Shown here piece by piece: positions 30,665-40,307 of a stretch of DNA of 49,463 bases. Source of the DNA: a virus (lineage: Duplodnaviria; Caudoviricetes); IMG/VR virus record IMGVR_UViG_3300012943_000012, positions 1 to 49,463 of that record. One strand, 5' to 3'. The first letter of the stretch is position 1. Each line of letters opens with the position of its first letter. Made by a program: the position numbers and the translations under genes. Under the pieces are notes generated by a model that was given only the letters and a program-made list of their open reading frames with translations, did no database searches and was not told the origin of the DNA.

Positions 30665-30907
30665 TTAGTCTGTAATTAGTTCCATGATCTCCCTAAGGGC
30701 TCGCTCGTATCCATGACGGTGTGCCTGAAGATACGCCCAATTAGGATTATCATAATGTGATTCTAAAGTAGAGCCTGCTCGTTTCTCTTCAATGATATCA
30801 GCTAATACTAGCTTCAATCTTGCTCTGATTCTAGTAGACTCCTTATAGAATGTTCTCATATCTGACTCTACTTGGCCAGAGAGTCCTTTTGTCCATCGCC
30901 TATCCAT
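30665..30907 (-). CDS. Hypothetical protein
   Basis: ORF between portal and scaffold genes. Confidence 0.7.
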   Translation of the reverse strand: MDRRWTKGLSGQVESDMRTFYKESTRIRARLKLVLADIIEEKRAGSTLESHYDNPNWAYLQAHRHGYERALREIMELITD

Positions 30908-30910
30908 ATG

Positions 30911-32662
30911 TTAGGCTCCTGGAGGCATAGGCATCTGCTGCTGAACCTGTAGGTCTTCCTGAGACTGGTTAGCTAGAGCCTGTGTATCATGCTGCTCTTC
31001 AACAGCCACATTAGGACTAAAGATATTATAACCATTCAGTCCAATAACATCATTGATGAACTTAACCATATTAAGAGCAGATGTATGTGGAGCAATCATC
31101 TGGCCAATAGGGCTTGAGAATACACCAATGAGATTCTGAAGATCCTGCTGCTGCTTAGCAAAGTGTCTAGCACCAACAGGCCTAATGATGCCATTAGCAG
31201 TGATATCCTCTCGGGTGATTTGGATGAACTGCTGGGCATTATAATCATTATCCATAACTCTGATAACATCACTACCATCAAGATTACGCTTAGCGGACTC
31301 AAGCATGCAGTTAAGAGTAGGCTCAACAAGCTCAACCTCAAACTGGATGATCTTCTCTTGGAAGATTCTGCCAGCTGCTGTTTGAAGCTGTTGTACTTCA
31401 AAGGCAGTCTTTTCACCCGGAGTTCTAATACCCATCGCATCACGAGGGGCACCAGCATAAAGCTCCATCTTGTTTTCAAGCTGAGTGATCTGATTGTCAG
31501 CTGTTACAATATTGTTGAGACCCTTAAGGACCTCTTGTACACTACCACCTTCACCAGCGTAAATCTCAGCTGACGGTCCCCATACAAACTCTTCCACATC
31601 TCCGGTAATGAGTAGTGGAGGCTGAATGGCTAAATCGAAAGCATCGGCCTTAGCATTTTCGAGGTGGTCAATACGATACTGCATGCCCACAAGGTTGTCC
31701 AGAGGACCCATAGCCCAGAGGTTATCAGGGCGGAATCTCCAGCCGACATGTTGGATGGGAGCAGATCCAAACCAATTGGCGATCTCTTCATTACGAATGG
31801 TAGTCCGTCTGTCAACAACAGTGATCACTCGATCAGTCATCAGAGTACCATCAATGTCAGTATAGTCCCCGTAAAACTCTAGGACTTCAAAGTACTGACC
31901 CATGAGGTACTCATACATATTACCAAAACCATCAATGTTTAGGCCATTAGCTTTCTGGAAGTCTTCGTAGCTATAGCCACCAAGAGCTTCACAAAGCATG
32001 TCACGAGAATCCAGAGCTTTCTGCCAGAAGGCATTTTCAGGCTCGTCCTTGGCCAATCTCTGGATTTCACCCCGAGTCTTTAGGGATCTGACAACCTTAA
32101 ACGTATGCTGAATATCATCAGCCATAGGGTCAAACACAATGTCCATAGGACTGATTCTATGAATCCGAGGACCAATATACTGAGGAATCTTTAGGCCATT
32201 CTTATCAAGTTTATACATGGCCTCAAAACTAACAGTACAGAATGCATTACCATAGTCAATATAGTCATAGACTAGCTTAGACATTTCTGTACGGAAGTGA
32301 GACTCACGGCACTTGTTCTCAATATAACCTTGAATGATTCTAGCAGTTTCATGCTTAGCATCATCTTTAGTATAAGCCTGCCAGCTAAGCCAGTTGTCAT
32401 TAGGGAAGAGTGCACTAATATAGTTGGAGTGCAGGTTATCTCTAATCTGACAAAGTTTAGGTGTAGTAGTACTATTCTTCCAAGGAAGTCTTGAGTTACT
32501 AGTGGTTCTAGTATCAGTAGCGAAGATATAATTACGAAGCTCAAGCCACTCATCAACCTTGCCCTGACGCTGCATGTTGAACCGATCCCAAGCCTGTGCA
32601 ATGTATCTGGCTGGATCATCCTGAGTCAACAGGGCTTTAATCTGAAGTACCTTTGTTGACAT
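30911..32662 (-). CDS. Portal protein
   Basis: 583 aa after TerL; YGNAF, RISPMD, KTAFEV. Confidence 0.9.
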   Translation of the reverse strand: MSTKVLQIKALLTQDDPARYIAQAWDRFNMQRQGKVDEWLELRNYIFATDTRTTSNSRLPWKNSTTTPKLCQIRDNLHSNYISALFPNDNWLSWQAYTKDDAKHETARIIQGYIENKCRESHFRTEMSKLVYDYIDYGNAFCTVSFEAMYKLDKNGLKIPQYIGPRIHRISPMDIVFDPMADDIQHTFKVVRSLKTRGEIQRLAKDEPENAFWQKALDSRDMLCEALGGYSYEDFQKANGLNIDGFGNMYEYLMGQYFEVLEFYGDYTDIDGTLMTDRVITVVDRRTTIRNEEIANWFGSAPIQHVGWRFRPDNLWAMGPLDNLVGMQYRIDHLENAKADAFDLAIQPPLLITGDVEEFVWGPSAEIYAGEGGSVQEVLKGLNNIVTADNQITQLENKMELYAGAPRDAMGIRTPGEKTAFEVQQLQTAAGRIFQEKIIQFEVELVEPTLNCMLESAKRNLDGSDVIRVMDNDYNAQQFIQITREDITANGIIRPVGARHFAKQQQDLQNLIGVFSSPIGQMIAPHTSALNMVKFINDVIGLNGYNIFSPNVAVEEQHDTQALANQSQEDLQVQQQMPMPPGA

Positions 32663-34266
32663 TATGCAAAGCCTCCGAACTTGGCGTGATAATTACTTGC
32701 TGGCTTAAACAACTCAATCATACTCGTCCTAGCAGATTTGGTAGGTACTATAGCAATGGAAACAGCAGATGCTAAGGCATCCTTAATATCATCATGAGGA
32801 GGACGGGACAGGACAAGTTCCTCTTCTAGGACTTCAGTCCATCCACCTTCCATGTGCCACATAGTCATACTGTCATAACGATGTTCAAGGGCAGCAGCAA
32901 TACGCTCTTCCTTGTTGCCTTCATTACGAGTTGGTCTAAACTCCTCTACAGAAAGTTTAAGACCAGACTTAGTGACGTAATCTTTAATATCATTAACAAT
33001 GACCTTCTGAGCTACAGTAACCTCACATCGCAGTTTATTAAAGTTCCACTTAGAATGGAGGTCGCGGATGTGGTTAAAGTACTCAATAGTCTTATCAGCT
33101 TTGAATCTATCAATATCTAAAATGTAGATAGCACCAGTATGATCAACTCCAATAACCACAATAGCCGACCAGTCGGCCTTCTTAGTCAAGGAGAATGCGA
33201 AGTCTACTGAAGCATATACATTAAGTCTGTTGTCTTTGAAGTACCACCTATCACCCTGCTTCTTAAGGAAACGGGGATTATAGTACTGGAACTTCTCCCT
33301 GCTGATTCTATCTGAGCCCGGATCATTGGGATCATTATAATACTGAGCATAGAACTGAACTCTGTCAGAGTACTCAGCCTTAATACGTGAAAGAATCTGT
33401 TGATTAAAACCAAAGGCTTTACCGTCTTTACGGATGGCTCGTGGCCAAAGGTATATGCCCTCATCCTCGACGGCGTACTCTTTGATTTCCCAAACAGGGG
33501 ACACATCAATCTTAATACCTTCTGCATCAAAGATATCATAGACTTGTTCTTTCCAATCCCGATAAACATCAGCGGGATGGTATCTTGTACCACATGCTAC
33601 AGTGAATCCACCAGAGTTTCTGATGGAGGTAAACTGAGAGGCCTTACGAGAGACAAGGTTTCTACCTTCCTCAGTATAAGCGTTCTCAGGAACAACCAAG
33701 TCATCAGCGATGATGACATCAGCATGCCAACCTGTAGTATTAGTAGTAAGGCCAGCTGTGGCTACCGTGGCATCTCTGATACCTTCAGCTTTACGCTTAG
33801 GATGATCAATGGAGAGCTTAGTAGCTGACCACTTATCACGCTTACCTTCTTGAGGATTAATGTACTCAGGAAAGTATCTCTGATAGACACTTGAACCTAG
33901 AATATTCTTAACTGCATAGAGCTGGGTTTCAGCTAGCTCTGCTGTTGCAGAAAGATACAAGGCTGTAATCTCTGGATGCCTAGTGATAATCCAAGAAAGC
34001 CATGTTGCTACAACGTGACTCTTAAGATGACCACGGGGAAGGAGCATTAGTTTATTACTTGCAAGCTCCAACCCCTGACCAAACAATTCATAACTGTGCA
34101 ACCAAGAATACAACTCTCTATGGATCGCTCCATACATATAACCGGGGTTGACTAGACGGGCATAGTAGTTGAGATCAGCCATAGCATGTTCTCTGACTTC
34201 CTTAGCCTTGTCAGGCATACTGTCTAGTCTACGCTGAGCTTCTACAAGCCAGTCTTCTTCAATCAT
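32662..34266 (-). CDS. terL: Terminase large subunit
   Basis: PRGHLKS Walker A, IIADD Walker B, GTRY, nuclease VDFA...HDDIKDA. Confidence 0.95.
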   Translation of the reverse strand: MIEEDWLVEAQRRLDSMPDKAKEVREHAMADLNYYARLVNPGYMYGAIHRELYSWLHSYELFGQGLELASNKLMLLPRGHLKSHVVATWLSWIITRHPEITALYLSATAELAETQLYAVKNILGSSVYQRYFPEYINPQEGKRDKWSATKLSIDHPKRKAEGIRDATVATAGLTTNTTGWHADVIIADDLVVPENAYTEEGRNLVSRKASQFTSIRNSGGFTVACGTRYHPADVYRDWKEQVYDIFDAEGIKIDVSPVWEIKEYAVEDEGIYLWPRAIRKDGKAFGFNQQILSRIKAEYSDRVQFYAQYYNDPNDPGSDRISREKFQYYNPRFLKKQGDRWYFKDNRLNVYASVDFAFSLTKKADWSAIVVIGVDHTGAIYILDIDRFKADKTIEYFNHIRDLHSKWNFNKLRCEVTVAQKVIVNDIKDYVTKSGLKLSVEEFRPTRNEGNKEERIAAALEHRYDSMTMWHMEGGWTEVLEEELVLSRPPHDDIKDALASAVSIAIVPTKSARTSMIELFKPASNYHAKFGGFA

Positions 34267-34269
34267 TGG

Positions 34270-34770
34270 TTACCTACGATAGTCTTCAAGTCTTTTAATG
34301 TCTGCACTGAATTCATCATCAACACGTTGAGAGATAGCTGCCTGACGCTGTATCTCGGCCTTAGAAGGACGACCAACAGCTCTCTTATCCCAACCCTTCT
34401 CAATGAGATACTTGGCTGCCTGAAAGCCTCCAGACTCACCTTGACACATATTGATCATTTCCTTCACACCTCTTGAGGCAAGGAGGAGTTCAAGCTCCTC
34501 CCTCCACTCGTCGATATGCTTCCGAAGGATCTTATTCTCACCAAGACGTTTCCAATGTTGCCAACCCAAAAGATACTTGTTAGCAAACAAATATTCCTTA
34601 GGATCTTCCATCTCTAGGTATAGTCTTTTAAGTGATGGGTACATAGTGCCCTTATACTCGTAGTCATAATCCTTAAGTGTATAGATGGCATAGTCATCAT
34701 AGTTAATCTCAAGGAACAGGCTCTGGGTCAGAGGGCGACCATTAGTATCCAACAGTTTAGTTCTTTCCAT
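34270..34770 (-). CDS. Probable terminase small subunit
   Basis: Directly upstream of TerL; helical, with GRPSK motif. Confidence 0.65.
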   Translation of the reverse strand: MERTKLLDTNGRPLTQSLFLEINYDDYAIYTLKDYDYEYKGTMYPSLKRLYLEMEDPKEYLFANKYLLGWQHWKRLGENKILRKHIDEWREELELLLASRGVKEMINMCQGESGGFQAAKYLIEKGWDKRAVGRPSKAEIQRQAAISQRVDDEFSADIKRLEDYRR

Positions 34771-36764
34771 TACACTCTCGCATACCAGTTAAAGCCTGTG
34801 GCTGCACCAGCGTTAGCACTCATGTTAATGGTGAAGGTAGTTGCCGTAGCATTACCCACCCAGAATGCATTAGGGGAGATATTAGCATTGTTAGGTGTAG
34901 CAACCATCATAGTGGGAGCAACACCAAGGCCATGGGTTACAGTTACGCTGTTTGCACCAGAAGCCATAGTACTGTTGCCCCAAGTCTCTGAAGCCCAGCC
35001 CGGGCAATTGGTAGCCCTAACAGTAGCACTGTTATTGATAAGGATAGCAGCTGTAGTACCTTCCACATTACAACCAACCAGAGCTCCTCTGGAACAACCT
35101 GAGGTAAAGATACAAATACCATATCTCTGGTTAAAGACGTCAGTTACATTCTGGTGGACAGTGTTTACACCAACAATATTAAAGTCCGTGACAGCGAAGC
35201 TAGCACCAACAAGAATGCCAGAACCAGATGCTGTCAGGGAGATATTGTTACCAACAAAATCACCACCAGTGACGCTGAAGAAGGAGCAGTTGAACACAGC
35301 ACCATGGACAGATGAGAAGGTTGCCTGATTATTACAGAAGCTCACTCTATGGTTATTAACTGAGAAGTTAAAACCTGAGGATGCACTAACTGCTGTCAGG
35401 GAAGAGTTAAGACCAGCTTCCTCAGAGAAACAGTTATCCACAATAATGTTCTTACCAAAGGTATCAAAGTTAAAGCCATGGCCATTAGGACTGACAGAGT
35501 TCACACAGTTATGAATGAACAGATCAGTTAGGCCAAAGGTACCATTACCTTGGAAATTAAAACCAGATGCACCAGAGTTATAAGCCGTGCTATTAGAGAG
35601 CACCAAGCCTGCACTACCAGCAGTGATGCTAGTAAAGTTAAAGCCTGCTCCACCACAGTTGATAGCATAGCAACCATCTACTACAAGGTTTGCTCCATCA
35701 ATGTTAAAACCATCCTTGATGGTATTATGAACGAAGCAGTCCTTTACAGTGCTACCACTCTGGCTATTAGGAATGTAGATGCCATGATAGGTGGAAGCAA
35801 TGTTAATATCCTTAAGGGTGAACCCTGTACCACCATTAACTTGAATACCATGGGCAGAGGTGGAAGCCTGAGCCACACCAGTGATGGTGAAGTTCTCAAG
35901 GTGACAACTCTGAGCACCAGCATTAGTAATAGTAATAAGGGGGGCAGATAGCTGACCAGTCATCTTAAGGAAGGTCTGCTTAGTACCATACAAGGTCACT
36001 GGGGTGGTAAGGGTATAACTCTGGTTCAGGTTAAAAGTACCAGCTGGCATCTGACCCTGAGCACCAGTCTGCTGGAGCTGAGTAAAGAATGCAGCAAAGG
36101 CAGCAGAGCTATCAGCAACACCTGTAGGATCTGCTCCAAAGTCTGTAGGACTGAGCACCTCCCTTAGTTTAGCTTGGACAGTTCTGTTAACCGAACCTGT
36201 ACCATTCTGCTTGAATCCAACCAGACCTGAGCCAGTATTGGCAGCTAGGTTATTAACAATGGTGGTATCAGCAGTGGTACGATCTGAGATCTCCAAGGAC
36301 ACCCTATCAAAGGACTGTACCCAAGTAGAACCTGACCATCTATACGTAGTGTTATTAGTGGGGGTTGGATCATTGGTAACCTGACCAATGGTACCCACAG
36401 GCTTGCTAGTATCTGCCTGAAGGGTGGTTAGGGTGGCATAGCCAATGACACCAGAAGACTGACTAGCTGTAATCTGATTGATCTGAATCTGGAGATCATT
36501 ATCAGCACCACTTCTAATGACAGCCTCATTATCCAGGTCTACTAGACGTACAAGGTCATTAGGTTCTACAGGAGCAAAGTCCTGACTTAGTATGGTATTA
36601 AGAACCCTATACCCATTCATATCCAAGTCCTGATCCATAGTGTTCCCATTATCAGTGAGAGCCATACGATCAGTATTCAGGGTGTCCTGGATCTTATCAA
36701 AGTTATCATTGATCTTAGCTAGGTTATAAGCCGAGGTAATTTTATTAAGAGTGATGTCTGCCAT
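34770..36764 (-). CDS. Tailspike/depolymerase with right-handed beta-helix
   Basis: N-terminal anchor, RTVQAKLREVLSPTDFGADPTGVADS motif, Asn/Gly-rich repeats; ATG 36764 follows GGAG. Confidence 0.85.
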   Translation of the reverse strand: MADITLNKITSAYNLAKINDNFDKIQDTLNTDRMALTDNGNTMDQDLDMNGYRVLNTILSQDFAPVEPNDLVRLVDLDNEAVIRSGADNDLQIQINQITASQSSGVIGYATLTTLQADTSKPVGTIGQVTNDPTPTNNTTYRWSGSTWVQSFDRVSLEISDRTTADTTIVNNLAANTGSGLVGFKQNGTGSVNRTVQAKLREVLSPTDFGADPTGVADSSAAFAAFFTQLQQTGAQGQMPAGTFNLNQSYTLTTPVTLYGTKQTFLKMTGQLSAPLITITNAGAQSCHLENFTITGVAQASTSAHGIQVNGGTGFTLKDINIASTYHGIYIPNSQSGSTVKDCFVHNTIKDGFNIDGANLVVDGCYAINCGGAGFNFTSITAGSAGLVLSNSTAYNSGASGFNFQGNGTFGLTDLFIHNCVNSVSPNGHGFNFDTFGKNIIVDNCFSEEAGLNSSLTAVSASSGFNFSVNNHRVSFCNNQATFSSVHGAVFNCSFFSVTGGDFVGNNISLTASGSGILVGASFAVTDFNIVGVNTVHQNVTDVFNQRYGICIFTSGCSRGALVGCNVEGTTAAILINNSATVRATNCPGWASETWGNSTMASGANSVTVTHGLGVAPTMMVATPNNANISPNAFWVGNATATTFTINMSANAGAATGFNWYARV

Positions 36765-37197
36765 CAGTATCTCCAAGGGAAGTCCTACTTAGGGCTACCA
36801 CAAGTCTTCCTTAGACAAGGAGGTAGATAATATGTATAAGCCTTATATAAGGAAAAGTCCTAGGAGAGTGGCTCTTGATCTACTACATGTTCTTTTCTCT
36901 TTAATGCATGCTCTTTCTTCGAAAGCTCTTCTCTCGAAGAGAGTATTCCTTACGTAGTAAGAACTATGCTCTCTTATACTTTTCTTACGCTTATATACTA
37001 TATAACCTCATTTTTAGGCATTTTAGGACAAATTATTTTCATTAATTTTAATTTATTTTTAGGAAGTGTTATAAATCATATACTTAGCTATTAGCTATAT
37101 TTTCCTTTAGAAATTCTTAAGGTGTATTGCACCCATATAAGCACACCCCCGACCCCCCTTTAGCCCCCTTAACATTTCCTTAGCATACGCCAGCGTA

Positions 37198-37206
37198 TGT
37201 TATAAT
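37198..37206 (+). promoter_or_regulatory. Candidate extended -10 sigma70 early promoter
   Basis: TGTTATAAT facing the early arm. Confidence 0.5.
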
Positions 37207-37443
37207 GTATCATGGGGGGTGCAATAACACCCGGGTATAACCTTCATCTAACCTTAGTTTAACATCTCCTTAACTATCAATGTGTTACATACGCGCACGC
37301 CTGGTTCCTCATATGTGCATGCCCTAATGCATGCCAACCTATGACTAATGGCATAGGCCATATGGCATATAGACTCTCCTCCTCGACTGTGTCAATCTAT
37401 CTCCACGGTCAGGCAATGACCTAGATGCAGCAAGGCTGGCAGC

Positions 37444-37977
37444 CAACTGGCAACAGTTGTAGCACCCACGTCCTTGTCATACCTAGGGCATCACCTACCC
37501 AGCTAAGCGAGACGCTAGTGGTTAGCCTCGGTCCATGAGACCAGCCCCATTCAGCTAACGTTCAGTGAACCCGTAGTATGATTCATCCATGAGTTGGGCA
37601 ACCAACTATGAGTGTTCAGGAACTAAGGTCCGGCCGGAAGGCGCAGGCTTAGGGAGAGTTGCACTCATGCCAACCTGAGCCATAATCAGGCTGCCGAGTC
37701 GGAGGCAAAAACCGAAAGAGTCGCGGTGCAGGCATCGATGAGTGCACCCCCGCTACCATCGCGGGCAACATGAGGTTGAGGGAGTAACAGGCTTACAACC
37801 TGTGAAAGCTAGGCTTCTGGATGGGTGAGCAAAGGACGAGACCACGTCTCAAGCAGTCCCCTCACAAGGTTGGGCAACCAAGGATAAGAATCCTAGGCGA
37901 AGCCTAACTAGCCCTCATTAGGGCAGCAAGCTAAGGCTTGCTCATATACCTTGTGTCTAGTTAGGATCAGGGTATAT
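37444..37977 (+). ncRNA. Candidate large structured RNA/leader (~540 nt)
   Basis: No credible ORF; about 20 hairpins, GNRA loops and long-range helices. Confidence 0.6.
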
Positions 37978-38011
37978 CATCAAGCCTTAACTAACACAAC
38001 AGGACAAGACC

Positions 38012-38143
38012 ATGATCAAGTATATGTTCTTTGCCTCAAGGGATGAAGCTGGTCAGTTCATTCTTAATCATAGGGTAGACGGTGGTATGTGCTACTACGT
38101 TGGCATGAATGGTAATGATCACGAAGTGAGGGTCATCGTATGA
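38012..38143 (+). CDS. 43-aa early protein
   Basis: AGGA RBS; ATGA overlap with next gene. Confidence 0.6.
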   Translation: MIKYMFFASRDEAGQFILNHRVDGGMCYYVGMNGNDHEVRVIV

Positions 38144-38307
38144 ATCATCGTGATCGTGATGCTCACACCAATGGGTTTAAGATGGGTGGCATGAGTCAGG
38201 GCTACCGTCCGAAGGACACCATTGATGGTGCTAAGATTATTATCTACATCATCACCATCCTGATCCTTGCCAAGTGTGTGGCTATGTTCATCGGAGGACT
38301 ATCATGA
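38140..38307 (+). CDS. 55-aa early membrane protein
   Basis: ATGA overlaps at both ends; C-terminal TM. Confidence 0.6.
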   Translation: MNHRDRDAHTNGFKMGGMSQGYRPKDTIDGAKIIIYIITILILAKCVAMFIGGLS

Positions 38308-38555
38308 GAAAGCCTGACACCCGCATCAAGTTCATGTCAGCCCAAGCTAAGCGTGAGGCTCGTGTTAATCACCTTCGTTCCGAAGGAACACCTGAAGCAA
38401 GGGCTGACCTTAAGAAGATGAACACCATTGTTCTTCACTCAGGGTCGGCTAGTGTCAAGGGTATGTGGGGACGTAATCATCCCCTCAAGGCTAAGGTGAA
38501 TGCTAAGACAAGGCATCACCTGAGTGCAGCTAAGGCTATAATGGCTGGACGCTAA
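38304..38555 (+). CDS. Basic early protein
   Basis: GGAGG RBS. Confidence 0.7.
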   Translation: MRKPDTRIKFMSAQAKREARVNHLRSEGTPEARADLKKMNTIVLHSGSASVKGMWGRNHPLKAKVNAKTRHHLSAAKAIMAGR

Positions 38556-38634
38556 CAAGTAGTGCAATGCCAACCGCCACAATTTCGTGGTAAAACTACG
38601 GGCACCTATGCCCACCAACTAAGGACGTCTAGAA

Positions 38635-39243
38635 ATGACCGCCATCAAGTACAACCTCCCGAAGACCACGGAAGAACTCAACAAGACGCAGGATAAGGCC
38701 ATCAAGGCCGCCAATAGTGCCCGTAAGCTCATTCAGCAGGCTCTTGTAGCCACTGTGCATCATCTGGCTACCAACCATGACGTACGTGTGGCTCGTCGTC
38801 TGGTGGACGGCCTGAGTGAAACTGTGCGGGGCAAGGCTCTTGTGGCTTGGCTCGTCAAGTATGGTCATCTTACCATCGGTAAGGTGGACCTTGAGGTTGA
38901 GGGTAAGACCATCAAGGTGGAAACCTTCGATGGCATCAAGGGTGATGCTGATGCACATAATCAGCTTATCCGTGATAGCTGGGAGGAAGCCAAGGCCACG
39001 ATGTGGTGGACTGCCATCAAGGCTGACAATGCCTATAAGGGCTTTGACCTGAATGAATACCTCAAGGCTGGCATTGCCCAGCTTCAGAAGGCTCAGAAGA
39101 AGGTCGAGGAAGGTAAGGCTGACCCGTCCACGGTGAGCACCGAGGTTAATGACGTGGTGATCAAGGCCATCATTGCCTTCGCCAAGTTTGATGTTATCGG
39201 CGAGGTGGCTAACCCGGACGAAGTGCAGGCTGAAGCCGCATAA
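38635..39243 (+). CDS. Early hypothetical protein (202 aa)
   Basis: AAGGA RBS, strong codon bias. Confidence 0.85.
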   Translation: MTAIKYNLPKTTEELNKTQDKAIKAANSARKLIQQALVATVHHLATNHDVRVARRLVDGLSETVRGKALVAWLVKYGHLTIGKVDLEVEGKTIKVETFDGIKGDADAHNQLIRDSWEEAKATMWWTAIKADNAYKGFDLNEYLKAGIAQLQKAQKKVEEGKADPSTVSTEVNDVVIKAIIAFAKFDVIGEVANPDEVQAEAA

Positions 39244-39372
39244 GCTACAAGTTTAAGGGTTGTACTTAGCCCACCCCACATCTAGCCAAGGTCAATCCAG
39301 ATCCTAATGGCAACACTCTTAGGTGCGGAAACTTCCCTAGGTGTGGGCTTTCTATTTCCTAAGGAGAACAAC

Positions 39373-39609
39373 ATGAAGCGTCAGACTCAGATTGCCCCCG
39401 GTGTGTTCAACTACTCCACCGGACAGGTGGGTACCAGCGATCTTCCCGCCTTCATCGGTGAGGTGTGCACCCGCAAGCCTAGCCTGAACAAGAAACAGAC
39501 GCGTGCCTATGGCCGCCTGACCGTACCCGTGGTGGACAAGGCTGGCTGGCGTAGCCAGTTGGCTGGTGCATATGCCAAGCTGAAGCAGGCTGCTAAGGGG
39601 AAGCACTGA
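39373..39609 (+). CDS. Early hypothetical protein
   Basis: AAGGAG RBS before ATG 39373. Confidence 0.75.
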   Translation: MKRQTQIAPGVFNYSTGQVGTSDLPAFIGEVCTRKPSLNKKQTRAYGRLTVPVVDKAGWRSQLAGAYAKLKQAAKGKH

Positions 39610-39685
39610 TGTACATTTACATTGTCCATCCTTGTAAACTATGCCAAGGAAAGTGTCTGTGCTGGGATGAACCGGCATACTAGAT

Positions 39686-39862
39686 ATGATGCCTTACAAT
39701 GAAGGTTGGCATGCTGCTAAGTGCTATGTGGATCAGCATCCCGGATGCAAAATGCCTGAGCCATTCCAGTTATGTCCATACAAACCGTATACAAATGGTG
39801 ATGTCCAGTGGCGTGCTGGATTTGTTAATGGCTACATCTTGTGGCGTCCGCTTTCCAAATAG
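39686..39862 (+). CDS. 58-aa protein with RMF-like motif
   Basis: YNEGWHAA...CPY...QWRAGFVNG. Confidence 0.55.
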   Translation: MMPYNEGWHAAKCYVDQHPGCKMPEPFQLCPYKPYTNGDVQWRAGFVNGYILWRPLSK

Positions 39863-39875
39863 TGTGTAATGTCAA

Positions 39876-39909
39876 GCCCACCTGTCAGGCAAATCCGGGG
39901 TGGGTTTTT
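39876..39909 (+). terminator. Possible intrinsic terminator
   Basis: GCCCAC...GTGGGT followed by TTTT. Confidence 0.5.
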
Positions 39910-39942
39910 CAATGCGCATTGCCATAATTATGTGCAAACATC

Positions 39943-40099
39943 CTTGTGGGGTTGCATAAACGCACTAGTCCATTATCAGCCAAGCCTTAGGTCACCTGAC
40001 TTGAGGTCAATTCCACTTCTGGGTGGTAAGTAATGGCTCCTAGGGAAACTTTAGTGCGTCCTGCGCCTAGCGCTGCCTCTTAAAGAGCAGCCCCACAAG
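39943..40099 (+). ncRNA. Candidate structured RNA (~157 nt)
   Basis: 13-bp closing helix plus nested 9-, 6- and 10-bp helices. Confidence 0.6.
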
Positions 40100-40115
40100 T
40101 CCAAAGGAGAGATGT

Positions 40116-40307
40116 ATGAATAAGACTCCGTGCTATTCGTGTAGTAAGCATGTTGAGCAGGTAAGAAGGCTTATCAATGAGAAGAAACAACTAGAGGCGG
40201 AGAATGCGAGGTTGCGTGAGGCTTTGCAGCGAATCGAAAGCCTTGATGATGACCAGCTCGGACCTTCGTGCGAAGGGTCCATCGCCCGCATCGGAGCCAC
40301 GCCATGA
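40116..40307 (+). CDS. Hypothetical protein
   Basis: AAGGAG RBS. Confidence 0.65.
   Translation: MNKTPCYSCSKHVEQVRRLINEKKQLEAENARLREALQRIESLDDDQLGPSCEGSIARIGATP

Noticed and set aside
37444-37977. Group I/II intron, RNase P RNA or CRISPR array
   Set aside because: No conserved cores recognised, no interrupted gene and no repeat-spacer periodicity.
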